Part shown: positions 24,633 to 32,000 of the stretch, piece after piece
Numbering within the stretch: the first letter of the stretch is position 1
How the letters are laid out: every line of letters starts with the position of its first letter
Assembly: GCA_022646745.1 (NCBI GenBank)
Contig: CP060262.1
Coordinates: 540,001-572,000 of the forward strand
Direction: 5' to 3'
DNA length: 32,000 bases
Source: Planctomycetales bacterium
GTDB lineage: Bacteria; 4484-113; JAFGCY01
Program-made: the position numbers and the translations under genes
Notes under the pieces: model-generated
What the model was told of the DNA's origin: nothing
The model's input: the letters and a program-made list of their open reading frames with translations, nothing else
The model's database searches: none

Positions 24633-24902
24633 CGGTTTCCTCCGAAATTTTCAAACCGGAAGGTATACACAGCTATGCATCCTTCTAAACAGCCCGCACG
24701 CGGATCAACAGGCAAATCAACGCCGTGAATAAGCCCGATATGCGCGGAATGGGCTTCCAGATTGGCCTGCCGTGGCCTATACTGCTTGAAGTGGCAGTTT
24801 ATCCCCGCCGTGCATAAGCCGGGACACCAAATCTTCACATTTGTTTAGATATCTCATCGCCCTCTCATTCACCCAAAACGCCAACTATCTACAAACGTAA
24901 AG

Positions 24903-24931
24903 TAGAAAAAGCTCCCCGAAGGATTTAGAAT
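24903..24931 (+). promoter_or_regulatory. Candidate nrd promoter inside an AT-rich 400-bp intergenic region.
   Basis: TAGAAA (24903-24908), a 17-nt spacer, then TAGAAT (24926-24931). This would give a leader of about 100 nt before nrdB. Confidence 0.3.
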
Positions 24932-25040
24932 GTTGATAACTCAGCCCTTCCTATACGGATGTTGAGCAAAGGCACGCATGCCCCATCTTTCCCGGATGCC
25001 GGACTGCGCGCCAATCCGGAGATTGCGACAGGGAGTTTCG

Positions 25041-26135
25041 ATGGCGGCAGATATGGAGATCAGGATCGGTGACAGGCGCTTCCAGCTGGACGGCGCCAAG
25101 GCCGATGAGGCGATACACGGCAAGGCGATCATCAACGGCCGCCAGACCCCGCATTTCAACATCCTCCCGCTGAAGTACCCCTGGGCCTATGAGCTGTACC
25201 GCAACATGAAGGCCAACCACTGGGAGCCCGAGGACATCCCGATGGGCCGCGACATCGAGCAGTGGCGTTCCTCCGACGGCAGCATCACGGACATCGACCG
25301 CTGGATCATCCGCATGGGTGTCGGCTACTTCTCAGCCGCGGAAGGCATTGTCGGTGACAACATCCTGCATGTGATCCGCGAGAAGGTGACGGCATCCGAG
25401 CTGAAGCTCGTGCTCGGCCGTCATGCGCATGAGGAGAACATCCACGCCGACAGCCTGCTGTACATGGTCTCCAGCCTCGGCATTAATCCGCATGAGTGCG
25501 AGGCGATGTTCGAGGACATCGCCACCATCAGGCGCAAGAACGAGTTCGTGGAGCGTGTCACCCAGGGCATGCGCCGCGACATCGACCTGACGGAGACCCC
25601 GAGCAAGCAGAAGTTCGCCAAGAACATGTTCGTGTTCGGCCAGTGCATGGAAGGCACGCAGTTCTACGGCCTGTTCGGCATGGTGCTGTCGCTCTACCGC
25701 CAGAACAAGTTCCCCGGCATCGGGCAGATGTTCCGCTACACCCTGCGCGATGAAAGCAACCACATCGAGCTGCTGCGCCAGCTGTTCAACACGCTGGTGC
25801 AGGAGAACCCGGATGTCTGGACCGAGCAGTTCCGCGAGGAATGCCGCCAGCTGATGGCGACCGCCGTTGAGCTGGAGAAGGAGTTCATCTCCGACTGCCT
25901 GCCGGTCAGCGCGCTGGGCCTCTCGAAGGAGGACTTCCACCTCTACATCGAGTACATCGCCAACCGCCGGCTGGAGGGTGTCAACCTGGCGCCGCTGACG
26001 GTGGATGCACCGAACCCCTTCCCCTGGCTGGCGGAGATGATGGACATCAAGAAGGAACAGAATTTCTTCGAGGGCCGGGTGACTGAATACCAGAAGGCCT
26101 CCTCGCTGCGCAGCGTGGAGGATGACGAACTGTAG
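25041..26135 (+). CDS. nrdB: Ribonucleotide reductase small subunit, class Ic-like R2 with Leu at the radical-Tyr position.
   Basis: AGGGAG lies 5 nt before the ATG at 25041. Metal-ligand motifs are SAAEG (Glu codon 25341-25343), EENIH, CMEGTQFY and RDESNH. The residue four after the first His is Leu (CTG at 25455-25457). The C-terminal tail is acidic. Confidence 0.95.
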   Translation: MAADMEIRIGDRRFQLDGAKADEAIHGKAIINGRQTPHFNILPLKYPWAYELYRNMKANHWEPEDIPMGRDIEQWRSSDGSITDIDRWIIRMGVGYFSAAEGIVGDNILHVIREKVTASELKLVLGRHAHEENIHADSLLYMVSSLGINPHECEAMFEDIATIRRKNEFVERVTQGMRRDIDLTETPSKQKFAKNMFVFGQCMEGTQFYGLFGMVLSLYRQNKFPGIGQMFRYTLRDESNHIELLRQLFNTLVQENPDVWTEQFREECRQLMATAVELEKEFISDCLPVSALGLSKEDFHLYIEYIANRRLEGVNLAPLTVDAPNPFPWLAEMMDIKKEQNFFEGRVTEYQKASSLRSVEDDEL

Positions 26136-26217
26136 GACCGAAAACCGCGGGGGACGCGGGGATTGACGACTGACTGCTGATTCTGACAATGCCGCCATGG
26201 TGGCAGGAGAGAACGAG

Positions 26218-29200
26218 ATGGCCTTTACTGAAGTACTGCAGCGCGACCAGGCGATCAAGGAGATCGTCAACCGCTCCCGCACGGAGAGCCAGGCGCAGCC
26301 CTGGGGGCAGCTCTACGAGGGGCAGGACAGCCCGCACGTCACGCTGGAGAGCGGCCTGATGGTCCGTCCGGCGGATGTTGCCAGGCTGGTCGGACTGGCC
26401 TATGAGGACTACCGCCTGGCCGATGGCCACCTGCTGTTCTTCGAGGATGAGGACCAGCAGATGGTGCGCCGCATCGTGGACCATGTGCTGGACAAGTTCC
26501 GCAGCCTGCCGGACCGTCCGATCTCCGACCAGCGCCTGCTGTCAATCGTCGAGAAGACCCTGCTTTACCTGAAGGAGTACGAGATTGCCAAGATCCTCGT
26601 GATCCAGCGCAGCCTCGAGAAGATCCAGCTCGATGAGAAGGTGCGCCTGATCCGACGCAACGGCCAGATCGTGCCCTGGAACACCTCGAAGATCGAGGTC
26701 GCCGTACGCAAGGCCTTCCTGCACCTCAAGCTGGACAGCACCCCCGCCGTCGAGGTGGCGCGGATGGTCGAGCAGAAGCTGGCCGACGGTTCGAAGGCCT
26801 TCGTGCACATCGAGGAAGTGCAGGACATGGTGCAGCAGACGCTGATGGAGCGCGGGCTGTACAAGGCGGCCGAGGCCTACATCCTCTACCGCGCGCGCCG
26901 CGACATGCTGCGCGAGCTGGAGGATGCCCAGGCCGAGCAGGTCGAGGAACCCTCGCTGGCAACGCTGCGCGTCGTCGAGGAGAGCGGCCGCACGATTGAG
27001 TGGGATGGCGAGGACCTGCGCCGCCGCATCGAGTTCGGCCTGCTGGACCTGCCCGAGATCAGCCTGATGAGCGAGGAGATCGAGCGCGAGCTGCGCCGCA
27101 GCCTGTTCGACGGCATCACGCGGCGCGACCTCAACCGCACGGTGATCCTCAACGCCAAGGCGATGATGGAACTGGACAGCGGCATGAACGTGTTCGCCGG
27201 CCGCATCCTGCTGAGCTACATCTACGAGGAAGTGCTGCCCTGGAGCGTGATGGACGGGCTCGGGGCCCTGCGCAATGCGCACCGTGAAGCCTTCACCGAG
27301 AGCCTGCGCCGCGGCGTTGACATCGGCCGGCTCAACCCGCGCCTGCTGGAGTACGACCTCGCCAAGCTGGCGGACGCGATCGACCCATCCAGCGACTGGG
27401 CCTTTGACTACCTCGGTGTGCAGACGCTGTACGACCGCTACCTGATCGTTGACAAGACCGGTCGCGACCACCGCCGCATCGAGACCCCGCAGCTGTTCTG
27501 GCTGCGCGTCGCGATGGGCCTGTTCATTGCCTACGAAAATCCGGAGGACCAGATCATCGAGCTGTACAACCTGTACCGCACCCGCCGCTTCTGCTCCTCC
27601 ACCCCGACCCTGTTCAACTCCGGCACGATGCACAGCCAGCTGTCATCCTGCTACCTGTACTGGGTTGACGACACCATCGAGAGCATCATGCTGCGCGGCA
27701 TCACCGAGAACGCCTTTCTTTCCAAGTGGGCCGGCGGGCTGGGTGGCAGCTGGACCAGCGTGCGGGGCACCGGTGCACACATCAGCGGCACGAACGGTGA
27801 AAGCCAGGGTGTGATCCCCTTCCTCAAGCTGCACAATGACCAGCTCGTCGCAGTCAACCAGGGTGGCAAGCGCAAGGGTGCCGGCTGTGCCTACATCGAG
27901 ACCTGGCACAACGACCTGAGCGACTTCCTTGAGCTCAGGCGCAACACCGGTGACGACCGCCGCCGCACGCACGACATGAACACCGCCAACTGGATCCCGG
28001 ACCTGTTCATGAAGCGTATGGAGGCCCGCGAGAACTGGACCTTCTTCCGCTCCAACGAGGTGAAGGACCTGCACCACCTCTACGGCAGCGAGTTTGAGAA
28101 GCGCTATGAGGAGTACGAGGCGATGGCCGCGCGCGGCGAGATCTTCGGCCGCAGCGAGCCGGCGATCGAGGTCTGGAAGCGCATGCTGCGCATGATCTTC
28201 GAGACCGGCCACCCATGGATGACCTTCAAGGACGCCTGCAACGTGCGCTCCCCGCAGGACCACTGCGGGGTGATCCACTCCAGCAACCTCTGCACCGAGA
28301 TCACGCTCAACACGGGCGTGGACGAGACCGCCGTCTGCAACCTCGGCAGCATCGTGCTTGAGCAGCACATCACCGAGGACGGCCGCATCGACCACGAGCG
28401 CCTGCGCGAGACGGTGCGTATTGCGGTGCGTGCACTTGACAACGTGATTGACATCAACTTCTACCCGACCGATCCGGCGCGCAATGCCAACATGCGCCAC
28501 CGCCCGGTGGGCCTCGGCGTGATGGGCCTGCAGAACGCGCTCTACAAGCTGGACATCCCCTTCGGCAGCGAGCAGGCGATCGACTTCAGCGACGAGATCA
28601 TGGAGGCGATCAGCTACTACGCCTATGAGGCATCCAGCGACCTGGCCGCCGAGAAGGGCCGCTACTCCAGCTACAGCGGCAGCAAGTGGGACCGTGGCAT
28701 CATGCCGCAGGACACAGTGGACCTGCTGGAGCGCGAGCGTGGCGTGGAGATTGACATCCCACGTGGCGGCAAGCTGGACTGGCAGCCGCTGCGTGACAAG
28801 ATCGCGGCGCAGGGCATGCGCAACTCTAATGTGCTGGCAATCGCCCCGACGGCCACGATTGCCAACATCATGGGCTCCAGCCCCTGCATCGAACCGACCT
28901 ACAAGAACCTCTATGTCAAGAGCAACCTGTCCGGGGACTTCATCGTGCTGAACCAATACCTGGTACGTGATCTGAAGCAGGCCGGGCTGTGGAACGCTGA
29001 GATGCGTGACAACCTGAAGTACTTCGATGGTGACCTTAACGACATCGCCGGGATTCCGCAGCACATCCGCGAGAAGTACCGCACCGCCTTCGACATCCCC
29101 TTCGAGTTCCTCGTTGACTCAGGCGCCCGTCGCCAGAAGTGGATCGACCAGAGCCAGAGCCTCAACCTGTTCCTCGGCGAGCCGGACATGAAGACCCTGT

Positions 29201-29403
29201 CGCACATGTACCGCCGTGCCTGGTCCAAGGGCCTGAAGACCACCTACTACCTGCGCACGCTCGGTGCCAGCAACATCGAGAAGGCGACGGTCAGCAAGCA
29301 GGAAAGCGCCAAAGCCGCCCCGGTTGCCAGTGCAGCCCCGGTCGAGATGTCGGCACCGAAGGTCTGCAGCATCCTTGACCCGGATTGCGAAGCCTGCCAG
29401 TAG
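26218..29403 (+). CDS. nrdA: Ribonucleotide reductase large subunit, class I, with a long N-terminal region containing multiple ATP cones.
   Basis: AGGAGAG precedes the ATG at 26218. Active-site motifs are SNLCTEI, QLSSCYL and KTTYYLRT. The C-terminal Cys cluster is CSILDPDCEACQ. ATP-cone starts are VRLIRRNGQIVPWNTSKIEVAVRKAF (from 26641) and LRVVEESGRTIEWDGEDLRRRIEF (from 26965). Confidence 0.97.
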   Translation: MAFTEVLQRDQAIKEIVNRSRTESQAQPWGQLYEGQDSPHVTLESGLMVRPADVARLVGLAYEDYRLADGHLLFFEDEDQQMVRRIVDHVLDKFRSLPDRPISDQRLLSIVEKTLLYLKEYEIAKILVIQRSLEKIQLDEKVRLIRRNGQIVPWNTSKIEVAVRKAFLHLKLDSTPAVEVARMVEQKLADGSKAFVHIEEVQDMVQQTLMERGLYKAAEAYILYRARRDMLRELEDAQAEQVEEPSLATLRVVEESGRTIEWDGEDLRRRIEFGLLDLPEISLMSEEIERELRRSLFDGITRRDLNRTVILNAKAMMELDSGMNVFAGRILLSYIYEEVLPWSVMDGLGALRNAHREAFTESLRRGVDIGRLNPRLLEYDLAKLADAIDPSSDWAFDYLGVQTLYDRYLIVDKTGRDHRRIETPQLFWLRVAMGLFIAYENPEDQIIELYNLYRTRRFCSSTPTLFNSGTMHSQLSSCYLYWVDDTIESIMLRGITENAFLSKWAGGLGGSWTSVRGTGAHISGTNGESQGVIPFLKLHNDQLVAVNQGGKRKGAGCAYIETWHNDLSDFLELRRNTGDDRRRTHDMNTANWIPDLFMKRMEARENWTFFRSNEVKDLHHLYGSEFEKRYEEYEAMAARGEIFGRSEPAIEVWKRMLRMIFETGHPWMTFKDACNVRSPQDHCGVIHSSNLCTEITLNTGVDETAVCNLGSIVLEQHITEDGRIDHERLRETVRIAVRALDNVIDINFYPTDPARNANMRHRPVGLGVMGLQNALYKLDIPFGSEQAIDFSDEIMEAISYYAYEASSDLAAEKGRYSSYSGSKWDRGIMPQDTVDLLERERGVEIDIPRGGKLDWQPLRDKIAAQGMRNSNVLAIAPTATIANIMGSSPCIEPTYKNLYVKSNLSGDFIVLNQYLVRDLKQAGLWNAEMRDNLKYFDGDLNDIAGIPQHIREKYRTAFDIPFEFLVDSGARRQKWIDQSQSLNLFLGEPDMKTLSHMYRRAWSKGLKTTYYLRTLGASNIEKATVSKQESAKAAPVASAAPVEMSAPKVCSILDPDCEACQ

Positions 29404-29591
29404 CCCGCGAGATCGCGATACCGGATGGTTTAACCTGAATTTAACCGCCAATCGGTGACGCGTCTTGCGCTGTCCGGCCAGTACTGATCAGCTCGCGGCT
29501 GTCCCCGTGACACTTTGGCACAAGAAGGCTGAAACAATTGGCAAGCCAGGCCGGCCTGGGACTGTCGCGCTTTGCTAATCTTGGAGATGCA

Positions 29592-30512
29592 TTGCTTGAC
29601 CAACTGACAAAGCGCATCCTGATCCTCGGGGGCATGGGAGCCCTCGGCCAGCCTGTCGTGCGCCGGCTGATCAGTGATGGCTTCACCGTCCGGCTGTTGT
29701 CCCGCGAACCATTCAACACGCGCATGCATTTCGGCGGCACGATCATCAGCAACGAGGGCGAGATGGCGATGGATGCCATCGAGATAATCGAGGGGGACTG
29801 CCGCCGCGCGTTCGATGTCAGCACGGCTCTGACCGGCTGCAGCGGCCTGCATGTCAGCGTGAAGGTCAGTGAGGGGGCGGACAGCCTGCAAGCCCTGGAA
29901 AGCAGGACTGCGCTCGCCGTGGCTGAGGCTGTCAAGGGACGCGGGCTGGACCTCGTCACCTACACTTCCTGCTCCTTCGTGAATGAGGAGTTCACTGACA
30001 ACTTCATAGTGAAGTGCAAGCTCGATGCCGAGCAGATCTATATTGATAATGACGCCCCCTGGATGGTGCTGCGCGTGGCCCAGCCGATGGAATACCTGCG
30101 CGAATTCAACCAGTTCGGTGTCGGCATCAAGTTCGGCGAGATGGGGCAGGCACACCACTGGATTGCCAGCTCCGACTACGCCGCCGTGGTTGCCAGGGCC
30201 CATCGCGGCGAATTCGACCCCAACCAGGTGCTGTACCCCAAGGGGCCTGAGCCCTACACCTTCGACCGGGCGATGGGCACCTACCTGCTGAACGTGCACA
30301 ACCGCGCCAACATGATCAAGCTGCCGCGCGGTGTGCTGAGCGTTGCCAAGAAGCTATTCCCGCGGCCGCACCTGCAGTACTACGAGGCCATGATGCAGCT
30401 GCTTAATGATGCGCCGGAAGGCTCGCACCGCATCAAGGGCCACGATGAGCAGGTGCGCGGCCGTACCACGCTGATGCAGTGGTGCGCCCAGCAGTCGGAA
30501 CTGCGCCAGTAG
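29592..30512 (+). CDS. NAD(P)-binding NmrA-like / atypical SDR family protein.
   Basis: The Rossmann motif ILILGGMGALGQPVVRRL lies at the N-terminus. The start is uncertain: the TTG at 29592 has GGAGA 4 nt upstream, while the ORF opens at the TTG at 29538. Confidence 0.75.
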   Translation: MLDQLTKRILILGGMGALGQPVVRRLISDGFTVRLLSREPFNTRMHFGGTIISNEGEMAMDAIEIIEGDCRRAFDVSTALTGCSGLHVSVKVSEGADSLQALESRTALAVAEAVKGRGLDLVTYTSCSFVNEEFTDNFIVKCKLDAEQIYIDNDAPWMVLRVAQPMEYLREFNQFGVGIKFGEMGQAHHWIASSDYAAVVARAHRGEFDPNQVLYPKGPEPYTFDRAMGTYLLNVHNRANMIKLPRGVLSVAKKLFPRPHLQYYEAMMQLLNDAPEGSHRIKGHDEQVRGRTTLMQWCAQQSELRQ

Positions 30513-30516
30513 CCAC

Positions 30517-30939
30517 TCAGCCCGCCTGCTTCCGTCCCCTTGCAAGCAAGGCATCAATGCTTAGCGGACCAGGTCCCGCTGCCGAGATGTACAGCCAGAC
30601 GAAGCAGAACAGCACCGCCGGCGTACCGCCGTTGCCACTCGGCCAGAACCCGCCCGGCGCGTGGAACTGGAAGTATGCAACTGCCATCATCCCCGAGAGG
30701 AGGAATGCCACGGGACGGGTACACAGGCCGAGCAGCAGCAGGCTGCCACCAAGCAGCTCCAGCACGCCACCGACCCAGGCCTGTGACATGAAACTGATCG
30801 TCACCCCGTCCGGCAGGGGCACCGGCCAGTTGAACAGCTTGCTCGCGCCACTCGGGATGAATACGAAGGCCGCAATGATCCGCATGATGCTCAGGAACAT
30901 CGGTGTCCAGGATTGCCATTTTCCCGCTAACTGCTGCAT
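30517..30939 (-). CDS. DoxX family membrane protein.
   Basis: 140 aa with four hydrophobic helices. Family-like segments are RIIAAFVFIPSGASKLF and GVLELLGGSLLLLGLCTR. GGGAGGAAG lies upstream of the ATG. Confidence 0.85.
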   Translation of the reverse strand: MQQLAGKWQSWTPMFLSIMRIIAAFVFIPSGASKLFNWPVPLPDGVTISFMSQAWVGGVLELLGGSLLLLGLCTRPVAFLLSGMMAVAYFQFHAPGGFWPSGNGGTPAVLFCFVWLYISAAGPGPLSIDALLARGRKQAG

Positions 30940-30985
30940 GTTGCTTCCTCCCGTTGCTTCTACCAGTTACCTGGCGACCTGATCA

Positions 30986-31459
30986 TCAGCCATTCCAGGC
31001 TGCCATCAGCACATTGATGTCAAGCTTGACCATCGGCATCATCGCTGCCATCCATCGCTCACGCTGCTCCTCGGTCCCGTTGGCAAACATCTCACCGAAC
31101 CCGGCCGGGGAGACCTGCCAGGATACACCGAAGCGGTCCTTCAGCCAGCCGCACTGCACCGGCTGACCTCCACCAGACAGCAGCTTATCCCAGAATTCGT
31201 CGATTTCAGCCTGGTTCGCACAGGGGCAGACCAGGGAGATTGATTCATTGAACTGGAACAACGGGCCGCCGTTGAGCAGCATTAATCGCACTCCGCGGAT
31301 TTCAATGTCGACAGTCAGCACGGTGCTGGCAGGCATCGGCATGTCCTTCGAGTAGTGCGTGACATTGAGGATGCGCGAATCCGGGAAGATCCCGGTGTAG
31401 AACTCCGCCGCTTCCAGTGCATTATTGTCAAACCACAGGCAGGGATGGATCGATTCCAT
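30986..31459 (-). CDS. VOC-superfamily protein of the PhnB / 3-demethylubiquinone-9 3-methyltransferase-like domain type.
   Basis: The product is MESIHPCLWFDNNALEAAEFY...CGWLKDRFGVSWQV. I moved the start to the second ATG (31459) because AAGGAG abuts the first ATG at 31465. Confidence 0.82.
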   Translation of the reverse strand: MESIHPCLWFDNNALEAAEFYTGIFPDSRILNVTHYSKDMPMPASTVLTVDIEIRGVRLMLLNGGPLFQFNESISLVCPCANQAEIDEFWDKLLSGGGQPVQCGWLKDRFGVSWQVSPAGFGEMFANGTEEQRERWMAAMMPMVKLDINVLMAAWNG

Positions 31460-31489
31460 TGTCATTCTCCTTGTCCTCTATTCCCGAGC

Positions 31490-31999
31490 TCAGGCCTCAC
31501 CGGCCGACTGGAGCCTGGCCAGCAGGCGATCCAGCGCTTCATGGCTCTGGCGCATTCCGCCCTCCATACCGCTGTTCAGGTGCGCATCGCGTGCCTCCTT
31601 CGAGCGGTGGCGGATTGTCAGCAGCAGGCGTGTGCCACCCTCAACCGGATGGAACTCCGCAGTTTCCAGGGACTCCGCTCCCTCCACCTGCTCATACACG
31701 AAGGTCTGCACACAGCGCACACCAGATTCCAGCTCGAGGTACTCCCCGTGGAAGCCATGTTCGCTGCCATCCGGCGCAGACAGCACGATCCGCCACTTGC
31801 CGCCGACCACCGGGTCGGCCTCGCACAGCTTGGTTGCCAGCTGTTCACAGCCACCCCACCAGTTGCGCAGGTGCTCCTGGCGGGTGCAGGCCTCAAACAG
31901 CAGGCCAGGCGGTGCCTTGAACGTGCGCATCACGAGGATCTCGGTATCGGACGGCGTTGCCATCAGGAAGCCGCCCTGCCGGTCCGCCTGCCTGGCCAT
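31490..31999 (-). CDS. SRPBCC / AHSA1 (Activator of Hsp90 ATPase homolog 1-like) START-fold protein.
   Basis: The core is EILVMRTFKAPPGLLFEACTRQEHLRNWWGG. The true start may be the internal ATG at 31963. The ORF start lies 1 nt from the window edge. Confidence 0.78.
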   Translation of the reverse strand: MARQADRQGGFLMATPSDTEILVMRTFKAPPGLLFEACTRQEHLRNWWGGCEQLATKLCEADPVVGGKWRIVLSAPDGSEHGFHGEYLELESGVRCVQTFVYEQVEGAESLETAEFHPVEGGTRLLLTIRHRSKEARDAHLNSGMEGGMRQSHEALDRLLARLQSAGEA

Positions 32000-32000
32000 T

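Noticed and set aside
24629-24838. A 69-aa Cys-rich minus-strand ORF whose stop overlaps the start of the Zn-ribbon gene in an ATGA arrangement, which would suggest translational coupling.
   Set aside because: It starts with GTG and has no Shine-Dalgarno sequence. It lies in the AT-rich intergenic region and uses rare TTA and ATA codons with low GC3, unlike the neighbouring genes. It also contains the likely promoter and Shine-Dalgarno sequence of the downstream gene. It is probably non-coding.
24841-24900. Possible NrdR boxes upstream of nrdB.
   Set aside because: The AT-rich palindromic pieces (agatatct and actatcta) do not match the 16-bp NrdR box consensus as I remember it. Their spacing of about 36 bp does not fit the usual 31-32 bp either. 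I cannot support the call without a matrix scan.
29516-29531. A sigma54-like TGGCAC element upstream of the NmrA-like gene.
   Set aside because: The downstream GC dinucleotide is one nucleotide out of register with the -24/-12 spacing, and the TTGC core is missing.

Overview
High-GC (roughly 60%) bacterial chromosomal window with about 20 protein genes and no rRNA, tRNA, CRISPR array or recognisable mobile element. Left third, minus strand: a PLD_N-like membrane protein, an M1-like zinc peptidase with TPR repeats, and two tandem paralogous giant lipoproteins (FN3 + PKD + propeller-like). Each paralog is preceded by the same conserved promoter module. Centre: a 26-aa-period HEAT/LRV solenoid protein, a PIG-L/BshB-like deacetylase, a double PQQ-propeller lipoprotein, a small unknown protein and a membrane-anchored propeller protein. 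These are followed by two tandem mosaic lipoproteins: a near-identical high-GC N-terminal dockerin module fused to divergent low-GC bodies that carry a papain-like Cys/His/Asn signature. This pair is my best candidate for an undescribed system. Right third: leaderless comM/yifB with a large insertion, a Zn-ribbon membrane protein, an nrdB-nrdA operon that reads as class Ic RNR (Leu at the radical-Tyr position, multi-ATP-cone R1), an NmrA-like reductase and an SRPBCC-VOC-DoxX operon. All calls come from reading the ORF translations and the DNA by eye; no database search was possible.
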